Part shown: positions 52,862-64,000 of the stretch, piece after piece
Layout: every line of letters begins with the position of its first letter
How positions within the stretch are numbered: the first letter of the stretch is position 1
Assembly: GCA_951406725.2 (NCBI GenBank)
Contig: OX597816.1
Coordinates: forward strand, 134,726,001-134,790,000
Direction of reading: 5' to 3'
Length of the DNA: 64,000 bases
Origin: Octopus vulgaris
Taxonomy: Eukaryota
Notes under the pieces: generated by a model
What the model was told of the DNA's origin: nothing
Databases searched by the model: none
The model's input: the letters and a program-made list of their open reading frames with translations, nothing else
Position numbers and translations under genes: made by a program

Positions 52862-53551
52862 TAGAATCTCGAATTTATAAACCTAGCTTTAACGCTTGTA
52901 TACACCTATCATTTAAAGTTTAGTTTTCCAGTCTTTCAAAAACCGAAAAAATACACACAAGAAACGAACAATAAAAACAATCGTAGTAACGACTGTGTCA
53001 AATCTCAATTTTTATTGCTGTAATTTTATATGCAGTTGTTGCTGAGTGTTTAAGAAGTTTGCTTACCAACTATGTGTTTAGTTCCTCTGCCATATGAGTG
53101 AAATTGGGGAGGCAGAAACTATTTTGAAGACTGTGTCGTGCTGATTCTATCTGAGATTTACGTTAAGGGTACATGTACCTGTGAAAGTCACGCACGTTAA
53201 TTCAATAAGAAGGTCGTTCAGGTAATCGAACGATTGGAGGCTCATAAGTCAAAATAAAGTTGAGAATCCACTACAAACATACAGATACACGCATATACAC
53301 ATGCAACAAATATATATGCAGCGGTTTATTGCACATGTAGAAACAACAATGCATGCAATATAGAAATGATAATATATGAAGCAGACGTTATCTCTGTTAA
53401 ACCGAATAACACAATAGAGCGTAAAAACATTACTTCAAATACACACACACACACACACACACACACAACAAATGCAATATATATATATATATATATATAT
53501 GCTATTGTGTCTGGGGAGAGTCATTTTCTTTTTGTGCCTTATAATGTAACG

Positions 53552-53642
<91 letters not shown>

Positions 53643-54268
53643 CTGTCAAACGTAAAAAGAAATTACATTTGACACTTTAAAGAATATGCTACTGCATTTT
53701 GATTAGTAGAAAATCTTAGTGTTGTAGATCATACATCAATGGGCAAAAGATGTAATTTTTGTAAAACTGAGAAGAGACTCATACTAAATAACGTTAACAA
53801 TTATTTAAATTACCGACACAAACAAGATCAGAGCTCTTTACTAAATGTCTCAACTCCGATAGATACCTGTGAAATTTTGAAAATGTACATCATCACCAAA
53901 TTAAGCACATTATCTTTGACCTATAACGTTCTCTTTAAAATGTTTGATTTAAGCATTTTATAATACCTTACCAATGCATTTCCCCCTTCAAAAATCTACC
54001 CGAAATAAGATGTCGAATGACGTGGGCGAATTCGTGCCTTAATTCCAACTTAAAATGCAGAAATACAGAGACGTGGTAGGTATCTAAATGAAGATTGGTT
54101 ATGGGCAATATACCATGCGAATTGGTGTTTGTATAACAGAACAGATGCAGATAGGCAGACAATAGATACCATATACATGTATACATATACCTGGAACATA
54201 ATATTGTTTCCATGTGTCGGCTTGCATCTCTTCCTATATATATGTGTGTGTCTGTGCGTGTGTGTTTA

Positions 54269-54365
<97 letters not shown>

Positions 54366-54774
54366 ACGAAGAGATCCGAGTGTACACATGGAAAATTAAT
54401 ACTATGTTCTAGGTTAAAGTGGATACAATACATACATCTGATATTCTAGGTTTTTACTCTCTGTTCTATTTTATTTACGTAGACATTGTTGTCATAACTT
54501 TAAGTAATTTAATCCTCCATTTCTTATTGATCCTTCTCAAGGATAGATACCTCGCTTCTAAATGAGTTAAAAATGTGTCAAACATGCACACACACACACA
54601 CATAAACACCACAAGGACACACGCACATGCACGTTGGTGGAAAAGTATAGGGGCCAACATCGTTCTTTTTTCGATCAGCTTCTTCTTCTTCTTCTTCTTC
54701 TTCTTCTTCTTCTTCTTCTAAATTACATATATAAATATAGTCATATATATATATATATATATATATATAAAGGA

Positions 54775-55575
54775 TTAGGAGAAGGAGAATTATATGGTAT
54801 AATCCCACTTTCAACCTAGAAGTTCCCACCATAGGTGTTTCTTGTCGTTAATTAAGAAACACTTCCCCAGAGGCCATAAGTTTTACAAACTTTTCAATTC
54901 CCATAATATCAAGGTGAACTACTCCTGTTTAGACAACATTGCATCTAACATCACATGCATCGACAGACATAAAAATGCACCCATACCACTCCAACCCCAA
55001 CCTAAAACTGCCGAAACTAAACCATGTGCCCTCTAGATGGATCTTGTCTCTCAAGGGCCATAGTATACAGAGCCACCCTTACACTATCCGATGGCATTAC
55101 TAGGCACTATACGGGTATGACAACTAATGGCTTCAAGGGAAAATACTTCCAACTTACGCACTCGTTCAGATCTAGGGATAAAGAACTATACCTCCCTGTC
55201 TCGTTTTCTCTGGTGACTCTGAGATGTCCGAGATGAAATATCTAGCATCAAGTGGACTATTGTCGACAGAGCGCCACCATATTCATCCGGCGCCCCCAAC
55301 TGCCAGCTCAGCCTCCGCGAAAAACTGTCTTTCCTTCAACAACCCGCAGTATCCATCAACAAGAAATACGATTTATAGTATTGCTGTCACCAGAGATATG
55401 CCCTTCTGGCAAGTTTCAGGCCTAAGACTGCCGACAACCCGGATATACCACCTTGGCACCAATTGCTACATTGCACCGGCTGCACCAAGGTCAACACCAC
55501 CAACCAACCCCATGAGCAGAACCATCAATCCCCAACGTTTACCAACCCACAACGCTTGACAATTCTCAAGGCTTA
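54775..55575 (+). mobile_element. Degenerate Penelope-like element 3' fragment (linker + GIY-YIG)
   Basis: RRIIWYNPTF, LIKKHFPRGHKFYKLFNSHNIKVNYSC and CPLDGSCLSRAIVYRATL..HYTGMTTNGFK are PLE C-terminal motifs; frameshifted; begins at (TA)n. Confidence 0.8.
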
Positions 55576-55825
55576 CCAATCCCCAATGCTTGTTTTGCGT
55601 GTGTATACTCGCACACGTGTGCGTGCTAATGCACATGTGTATGCGCGTGCGTGTGTGCGCGCATACTGGTGTGCATGTCTACATGTATGCGAATATACAT
55701 ATGTACATGTGAATGAATATGCATGTGTGAGTGTATGCATGTATGCGTGCGTATGCGTGTGTATGTGTGTGCCTGTGCGTGCGTGTTCCTCCAAGCGCGC
55801 ACGCCTATGTATATATACTTTATTA

Positions 55826-56069
55826 TATACTTTATTTAAAAAGCAGCAAAAATATCAAAAACTGTTACTCAGAGTTTCACGTTCCCGTTCGTCAGACAGT
55901 TTTGTTTAGAATGGAATAAAAATTCTAAACAAAACTGTTCGACAAACGGGAACGTGAATCTCTGAGTAACTGTTTTGGTGATATTTTTGCTGCTTTTTAA
56001 TAAAGCATATTACTCTACCTCTGGTATTCGAGTACTATTTTTTCCACCTTGTTTCGCATTTATGTGATT

Positions 56070-56076
<7 letters not shown>
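55826..56076. mobile_element. Fold-back mini-element with two inverted hammerhead motifs, in TA-rich site
   Basis: Arms at about 55826-55912 and 55922-56008 are reverse complements, with a unique tail to 56076 followed by (TA)n. Confidence 0.75.
55858..55903 (-). ncRNA. Canonical minimal type-I hammerhead ribozyme
   Basis: AAAACUGU-CUGACGA-ACG(GGAA)CGU-GAAA-CU(CUG)AG-UA-ACAGUUUU: 8-bp stem I, intact core, GUA cleavage triplet. Confidence 0.8.
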
Positions 56077-56138
<62 letters not shown>

Positions 56139-56167
56139 TTTAAAAAATACAAACTGGGACAAGAACG

Positions 56168-56225
<58 letters not shown>

Positions 56226-56318
56226 AGGAAAATTTTTTTTTTTTTTAAAATGCAGAATGCTCAAATGAAAGAAAATTTTAATAAAATGAGAAATTGATAA
56301 AATATATAAATATATATT

Positions 56319-56359
56319 TATTCAACCGGTTTTCGTCATTGTATGACTTGTCAAGAATA
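56319..56359 (-). ncRNA. Hammerhead-like motif (U3-A8 variant) in Penelope pseudo-LTR
   Basis: Reverse complement of 60116-60156. Confidence 0.55.
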
Positions 56360-56992
56360 TTTATGTTTTAAGAAGTTTTTTTAAAAATTAGAAAGGGGAA
56401 AAAAAGAAAGTTGCATTGTTTTTTGTAAAAGAATAATGATAAAAATGTACAAAAATTAAAAAATAAGTTCTCCGATACATTGTGAGTTCGTTGTGTATCT
56501 TGAGTTTTATGGTTGTTTACGAAAAAATTACCTTGAGGTGTTAAGATCCAAAGGGATTAAGAGCATGTGTTGTGTTGTGTTGTTAAATTCAGCATGTTTG
56601 CAGGACAGGAAGTAGTAGTAATTGTGGTCCTGGTTCTTCAGTTCCTGTGTTGTGAGTAAGGGGAGACAACTCTTTTGAGTTCTTCAATAAAACCCAAATT
56701 ATAAAACTATCATTTTAGCTTCATTTGCATTATCTTTTTTATATAATTGCTTGTTAACTTAACTTTCAGATTTTAACACTTTATTTATATTATTCTCTAA
56801 TAATATAAATCTGCATAGATAATTGCATTTCAAATTGTCATATCATTTATAATAAAAATGATAGTAATAACAACAATAGTAAAAATGATATTTAAAGAAT
56901 ATAAGTTTTAGCTTGAAGTGATGAATGCATGGTATCTTTATATATTTGTGTTAGTCCATCCATGAAGAGTGAGGTAGAGAAAGGAAGTTTGA

Positions 56993-58950
56993 TCAACGAG
57001 GAGTTTGCATATTAAGTTGTGTTTGGAATTTTTCAATAAAGAGATTCTCCTTGTTAATTCTCTCCTGTGTGGTGATCCCGTCTTTACATTGGTAGAAGGG
57101 GAATATATAGAATTTGGGGTTTAAGTCTTTAGCACATGAGTCTAAGTGATCACTCAGTGGAATTTGTCGGTATTCCGGGAGATTTATTTGTTCTTTATGC
57201 ACCGTTACTCGTTTACGTAACGGGAGACTCGTTTGTCCAACATAATTATGTTGGCAACCAGCGCATGTGAGAACGTAGATAAGGTTCTCGGAGGAACAGG
57301 AGAAGTTAGTCTTGATTTTAAACTTCGTACCTTGTTTGAAGGTAAATTCAGAGCCTTCAAGTAGAAAGGGACAGGTACCACAGTTTGAGCGTGCACATTT
57401 TTTTACTGTTGGGGGTGGATGTGGTGTGTGAAGTTTGGCATTTGTCAAGAGTTTTTTTAAAGATTTGTGTTGCCTTTTGCATTTGAGGATTTTGTGTGTA
57501 TTTATAATGTTTTTCATTTTTGGGTCTGTTGACAGTAGACTGAGGTTTTGTATGATTGTGGTGTATGCTTCGATATTTTTGGGGTTGTGGGTGGAAATGT
57601 ATGGAAGTATTTTGAGGTTGTGTGTGGTGTTAGGTTGGGTGGTTTTCAGTGTAGTGTTGTCTAGTTCTTTGGCGCGTTTTATTCCATACTCTATAAGGGT
57701 GGAGGGATATTGACGTTGTAATAGTGTTTTTTTGAGGTCTTGAAGGCGTATTTCTCGTGTTTTTGGATCCGAGACAATGGTGCATACCCTTTTAGCTAAA
57801 TTGAAAGGGATATTTGTCTTGGTGTGTTTTGGGTGGCATGAACTAAAGAGGAGGTATTGTTGTGAGTCTGTAGGTTTGTGGTAGATGTCTGTTATGATTT
57901 CGTTCTTAGGTGTTTTTATAATTAGGAGATCAAGGAATGGGAGATGATGTTTGCTTAATTCCATAGTGAATTGGATGTTGGGATGTATGTTGTTTAGTAT
58001 GGTTTTGAATTCCAGGAGTTTTTCATAAGGTTCTTTCCATATGATGAAACAATCATCTAAATACCTTTTCCAGTTTTCCATTAGGTAGGTGTGGAAAACA
58101 TGTCCAAATTTCTGGCTTGATATTTCATAGAGTGACAGTTCGAAGTAACCCATTATGAGGTTCGCAAGGACTGGTGCAGCCTTGGTACCCATCGCAATGC
58201 CACATTTTTGACGGTAGTGTGTGTCGTCGAAGAGAAAAAAATTGTTTGTCAGAATGAACTTAAGAGATTCTGTAATAAAAGACTTGTTAATACGGTCAGG
58301 GAATGTCTCTGGGTGTTTTTCTAGCCAGAAATCAATTGCCTCTATACCATACTCATGTGGAATGTTGGTGTAGAGGTTGATGACATCAAAGGACACCAGG
58401 AGTGCCTCCTCGTTAACTGTTTTCGGGAGGTGTTTGAGCATGTCCAGATCATCCCTAATGAAACTTTTGATGTGGGTAAGGAAAGGTTTCAAAAGGATGT
58501 CTAGGAAGTTACTCAGGCGGTGTGTTTCACAGGAGGTACCAGCCACGATGGGCCTTAGTTTTAGGTCCTCCGGTGCTTTGATGTTGATGTGGATGTCAGT
58601 GGAGAGTTTGCAGGCTTCGGTGATGTATTTGTTTTTATGTATTTTAGGAAGGCCATAAAAAAGGCTGGGCTTGCATTTGAAAATGGTGATATAATCCCTT
58701 TCTTTTTCTGTGAGTCCCTGACTGTGTTGGCGTATGAGTGTGGTGAGGTTTCTGATTGTTTTTTGCTGTTTGTAGTTGTTAATAACCTCATAGAAAATGT
58801 TATTGTTAAGCATGGAGAACACTAGGTGTTTATAAAATTCCGTGTCCATAAGGACCACAGCACTCCCTTTGTCCGCTTCTTTGATGGTGAGGTTTTTATC
58901 CAGTTGTATGTCACGTAGGTTTTCCCATTCTTCCTTACTGAAATTGGATT
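56993..58950 (-). CDS. Penelope-like RT + GIY-YIG endonuclease (N-terminally truncated, frame intact)
   Basis: IKEADKG, FYGLPKIHK, LRPIVAG, SFDVINLYTNIP, GIAMGT, RYLDDCF, YHKPTD, SCHPKH; endonuclease NFSCSSENLIYVLTCAGCQHNYVGQT..RVTVH..HLDSC..KENLFI. The first about 30 aa of the listed ORF come from the inverted arm. Confidence 0.9.
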
Positions 58951-58975
58951 TTACCTTGGTTTTTACCTTGGTTTT

Positions 58976-59483
58976 TACACACAAAATCCTCAAATGCAAA
59001 AGGCAACACAAATCTTTAAAAAAACTCTTGACAAATGCCAAACTTCACACACCACATCCACCCCCAACAGTAAAAAAATGTGCACGCTCAAACTGTGGTA
59101 CCTGCCCCTTTCTACTTGAAGGCTCTGAATTTACCTTCAAACAAGGTACGAAGTTTAAAATCAAGACTAACTTCTCCTGTTCCTCCGAGAACCTTATCTA
59201 CGTTCTCACATGCGCTGGTTGCCAACATAATTATGTTGGACAAACGAGTCTCCCGTTACGTAAACGAGTAACGGTGCATAAAGAACAAATAAATCTCCCG
59301 GAATACCGACAAATTCCACTGAGTGACCACTTAGACTCATGTGCTAAAGACTTAAACCCCAAATTCTATATATTCCCCTTCTACCAATGTAAAGACGGGA
59401 TCACCACACAGGAGAGAATAAACAAGGAGAATCTCTTTATTGAAAAATTCCAAACACAACTTAATATGCAAACTCCTCGTTGA
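58976..59483 (+). CDS. Duplicated GIY-YIG C-terminal fragment in the inverted arm
   Basis: THKILKCKRQHK...QLNMQTPR is identical to the C-terminus of the minus-strand ORF; no native start codon. Confidence 0.75.
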
Positions 59484-60115
59484 TCAAACTTCCTTTCTCT
59501 ACCTCACTCTTCATGGATGGACTAACACAAATATATAAAGATACCATGCATTCATCACTTCAAGCTAAAACTTATATTCTTTAAATATCATTTTTACTAT
59601 TGTTGTTATTACTATCATTTTTATTATAAATGATATGACAATTTGAAATGCAATTATCTATGCAGATTTATATTATTAGAGAATAATATAAATAAAGTGT
59701 TAAAATCTGAAAGTTAAGTTAACAAGCAATTATATAAAAAAGATAATGCAAATGAAGCTAAAATGATAGTTTTATAATTTGGGTTTTATTGAAGAACTCA
59801 AAAGAGTTGTCTCCCCTTACTCACAACACAGGAACTGAAGAACCAGGACCACAATTACTACTACTTCCTGTCCTGCAAACATGCTGAATTTAACAACACA
59901 ACACAACACATGCTCTTAATCCCTTTGGATCTTAACACCTCAAGGTAATTTTTTCGTAAACAACCATAAAACTCAAGATACACAACGAACTCACAATGTA
60001 TCGGAGAACTTATTTTTAATTTTTGTACATTTTTATCATTATTCTTTTACAAAAAACAATGTAACTTTCTTTTTTTCCCCTTTCTAATTTTTAAAAAAAC
60101 TTCTTAAAACATAAA

Positions 60116-60156
60116 TATTCTTGACAAGTCATACAATGACGAAAACCGGTTGAATA
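60116..60156 (+). ncRNA. Hammerhead-like motif (U3-A8 variant) in Penelope pseudo-LTR
   Basis: UAUUC-UUGACAA-GUCAU(ACA)AUGAC-GAAAA-CCGG-UU-GAAUA: stems I and II, palindromic AACCGGUU stem III, one extra A. Confidence 0.6.
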
Positions 60157-60298
60157 AATATATATTTATATATTTTATCAATTTCTCATTTTATTAAAAT
60201 TTTCTTTCATTTGAGCATTCTGCATTTAAAAAAAAAAAAAAATTTTCATTACTTATTATTTCTCCACGTGCGGTCAACACAACCCCACCATTTATTGA

Positions 60299-60377
<79 letters not shown>

Positions 60378-60559
60378 ACATATAAATGCATGTATGTATT
60401 TATGTATGTGTGTCTTTGTGTCTATTTGTATATTTGTTCCCACCACCGCTTGACAACCGATGTTGGTTTGTTTACGGTCTCGTCACTAATCGCTTCGGCA
60501 AAAAATGCGAAAGTGCTTCCGGTTGCTTTAAACTAACAAATCAACCATCTCTGACAATG

Positions 60560-61660
60560 TTTCTTCCGTTACATTAAAAAATGCACTCCACAGCTAGCTG
60601 CTGTACTCATCAAAACTCTTCAGTTTCTTTCTTGATCTTTAGAAACATACGACAGTCTATTGCTTTCCTTATGTAGGTAGTTCCTCTGACACTACCAAGT
60701 ACCATACTGTCACCAAACTCAGTACCATACTATCGCCAAACTCAGCCATTAAAAATAACTTGCTCCAATTCTTGAATATTTTCCCCTCTTTAATGGCTAC
60801 AAGCACGGCTTTTATAAAGCCAGACATACTGACGTACTCCAATAACACTTGCCCGACAGAAATTTGGTGGAAGCAGTGTTGTTGCTCTCGTAATCAACAA
60901 AGCTTTCGACCATGATTAGCGTGCTAATCTTTTATTCACTTTTATTAACCTCTTTTACGGTTCATATGCATCCTTTACATTTCTGAAGGTTCACCTCTAT
61001 GTGTACGCAGAACTTAAGTTCAAAAGCACTTGAGCTTCATTGCTTCTCGCCTCTAGGATGGACTTCTTCATGTCAGATACACGAAATCTATCAACACTTG
61101 TTTGTTTGTGCCCCGGTATTGGATTTAATCTCTAACACTCGTCTTCCTGTACATCAACAATCCACCTCCTTTCATGTCCAACGCAGATAATATCACCCTT
61201 CAATCTATCCAATCTTTTCACAAGCGTCATCCACATGCAATCTAGTTTATGAAAGCAAAGTCTGAATTGACTTCATGAACAGAGATCTTGAAAACATCCT
61301 TCAACGTGGTCACATTGATCTTGTCTTACTAAAGCACGATAATGCACAGACATGCACATATCTATTTCTTTACTACCCACAAGGGGCTAAACACAGAGAG
61401 GACAAACAAGGACAGACAAACGGATTAGGTCGATTATATCGACCTCGGCGGAATTTAAACTCAGAACGTAACGGCAGACGAAATACGGCTACGCATTTCG
61501 CCCGGCGTGCTAACGTTTCTACCAGCTCGCCGCCTTGCACAGACATGCACATATCAAAAAAACAACATAGAAAAATATTATGACACTTCGCCTCTTTAAC
61601 ATGAACAACATGCACCTAGTACCCTCACTACAATGCGTGAAATGCTATGCCTCGCAGATA
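60560..61660 (+). mobile_element. Ancient degenerate LINE RT remnant
   Basis: KHGF, VVALVINKAFDH and NADNITL resemble RT motifs QHGF, LDISKAFD and ADD; many disablements. Confidence 0.45.
61363..61535 (-). mobile_element. SINE family 2 (internally deleted) with 20-bp TSD
   Basis: TGCACAGACATGCACATATC at 61343-61362 and 61536-61555. Confidence 0.88.
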
Positions 61661-62630
61661 ATCCCGCAATCGTTTTTTTTTTTGGTGGCGGGCGGAGGGG
61701 TCTAATACCTAACAATATTGGAAATATTGCAAATTATTTAAAATGCACACTGTTAATTTTCGTACTCCACCTCACTTGATTTAAACTGATAATGTAGCCG
61801 CTATTAATAATAAGAAACTGAAAATATTAGAAATTACGTATGTAGTTTTAATACTTCTAGTAGTTTTCTTGTCTCTAGCTCTTCTATTAATAATACATTT
61901 TGATCTAATGTAAGTATTACTATTGATTCTATGCCTCTTCCTAACAACGGTTTTAGTTATAATATAACCAATAATTCCTCACTACCTAGTAAGGTTAATA
62001 GTATCAAAATTTAATTGGGACATTAAAGATTAATCTATTTCATGGTCACTTATACGAACAAGGGGTGGGTGGGGAGCTGTAATTTATGTTGCATGGAGGT
62101 ATTTGACATCCTAAGATGTAGGTCTGAGCTAATTAATAAACGTAATGAGTTGTTAATAAGTTGTCACACCAATTTAATAAACTCTTTTTAATGATTCCAT
62201 TTAGCTAACCTACATATCATGAAATTATAATTGGATGTACATTTCTATTGCTTGTACTTTAATTTTTACAGTTACTTTTCTGATTTTTTTCGTACTTGTA
62301 GTTCTACAACCCTTTTTATCCTTTGTAAAGATATTGACTGTTTTCTAGAGTATTGATCGTTAAATTATAACCTCGCTCCTAACTATCGCAATGATCCACA
62401 TTTCACTTTTTCTCTTTCTTGTACTATAATTTCTCTTTCTTGTATAAGTGTTTACTTGTTTAGTATATTGGAATGATTTTAATATATTATTAAATCTAGA
62501 CTATGATTTGGCTAGATATTCTACACGGTTTCACGGGACATTAACCGTCCCCTTTACCGGTACCTCTTTACTTCTAAATTTCTAGTTTTCTATCTTCCTA
62601 TTCTTCGTAATCCTCTTACATTTTCTATCT

Positions 62631-62668
<38 letters not shown>

Positions 62669-63881
62669 CATTCTCTTCTCCTTTCTTCTCTTTTATCCTC
62701 CTTATTTCGTCGATGTTGCTCTTGACGTACTCATTTCCCTTAATATTAACTTTGCGATTTTGTTATTCTGTTCACCGCTACACATATTTGAATACCTTCC
62801 TCTCTGTTCAGACAGCCTGCTATAGTGTTCCTCTTTTCTCTCACCCGAGCTAGTTTGCCTTGATGTCATAGTCCATCTTATCTAGTAGTATACACGATTT
62901 TCTGTCTATATAATTCCTATACTTCGTTCCTTACCCCAGGGATGTCAATATGGTTTCTTTCTCACTACAACATTCTAAACCCCTCTCACTGCTTATATTT
63001 ATAAACGTGTTTATCCATAAGTAAGTACATCACGCCTTCTGAAAATCATCATGAAATGACAGGAGTGGGTTTCCTTCAATATTGCATGAAGTCGCATAAT
63101 CATTGTTTGTATTTGTTCCTGCATATTCAACGGTTTATATACTTAACCTGTTATCGAAACAATTGTAACTGGATATTAAATGTGATATTAATGTTTTCAT
63201 TCCTAAATTCTTTTTATGTTACATTCAGCAATTTATGAAAATTTCCTGAATTTTCAATTTGTGTGAAACATTTAAGACTTACTGGATTGTTTTTCCCCTA
63301 CGTTCATCCTGTTAGCTGGGAGTTTGCAAGAGTGCTGACTGAGATAATGGCCTAGATCCAACAAATTCCCATTACGTACTGTATATAAATGTGTGTATGT
63401 GTATGGTTATGCTGGGCGTGAAAGTATATGTACATATATATCTTTGCATACACACATACACACACATTTACACATAAATGTGACAGGCATCTGCACAGTT
63501 TATATATATATACAAAATTCCACTTACAAGACGTTCGTCAGTCGGAACCTAAGCAGAAGACACTTGTAAAGTTTGCTGCGCAGCAGTATTGAGCTCAGAA
63601 CCGCGTGGTTAGAAAGACAAACGGTTGTAGTGCTTTAATTTCATTTACACAGCAAAAACACTTGAAAGTGGTTTAACTAAATAAATAAACTAAATAAACA
63701 ATCTGAAAGCCCAAAAACAAACAAAAAAAGAGGGAAAAAAAGCATGACTTTATACTGACACATTTGTCGCCTCTTTCAAAACGACACCTTGCTCTAATAT
63801 GAGAAATGTTGAAAGTACAAGGAGAGTGGTCGGATATAACTAAGTATATAAATTTCTCCACTATATATAAATTTCTTCGCC

Positions 63882-64000
63882 TAAGGCGGCGAATTGGCAG
63901 AGACGTTAGCACGCCGGGCGAAGTGCTTCGCGGTATTTCGCCCGTCGCTACGTTCTGAGTTCAAATTCCGCCGAGGTCGACTTTGCCTTTCATCCTTTCG
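63882..64000 (+). mobile_element. SINE family 2, runs off window end
   Basis: AAGGCGGCGAATTGGCAGAGACGTTAGCACGCCGGGCG..CTGAGTTCAAATTCCGCCGAGGTCGACTTTGCCTTTCATCC. Confidence 0.9.

Larger units (their letters stand above)
56222..60300 (-). mobile_element. Penelope-like retroelement, 5'-truncated, with inverted pseudo-LTR
   Basis: RT + GIY-YIG ORF on minus; 58976-60250 is a near-identical inverted copy of 56222-57500; both outer ends abut (TA)n; 12-bp duplication TTTTACCTTGGT at the inversion junction (58949-58972). Confidence 0.93.

Noticed and set aside
62515-63075. Faint hammerhead-like fragments near 62520-62565 and 63035-63070
   Set aside because: Too degenerate to define a core and stems.

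Overview
AT-rich, microsatellite-dense animal genomic DNA with no recognisable host protein-coding exon; it reads as intergenic or intronic and is dominated by transposable elements. The tRNA-derived SINE families and repeat landscape resemble an octopus (cephalopod) genome, which is inference and not verified. Main contents: (1) a head-to-head pair of CR1-group LINEs in (TA)n, one full length with intact ORF1 (Myb/SANT-like, polyQ, two CCCH fingers) and intact EN-RT ORF2; (2) a young Penelope-like element (RT + GIY-YIG) with an inverted pseudo-LTR; (3) remnants of R4/Dong, RTE, CR1, mariner, maT-like, hAT and Helitron elements; (4) many SINE copies. The most notable unannotated signal is a set of minimal type-I hammerhead ribozyme motifs in at least four unrelated repeat families. 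These are a non-coding 593-bp tandem/inverted retrozyme-like array (41793-43478), a fold-back mini-element (55826-56076), a tRNA-headed SINE, and the Penelope pseudo-LTR (U3-A8 core variant). Most sit in (TA)n tracts, and (TA)n-centred fold-back structures recur. Most short ORFs in the track are microsatellite artefacts. Boundaries of degenerate elements are approximate.
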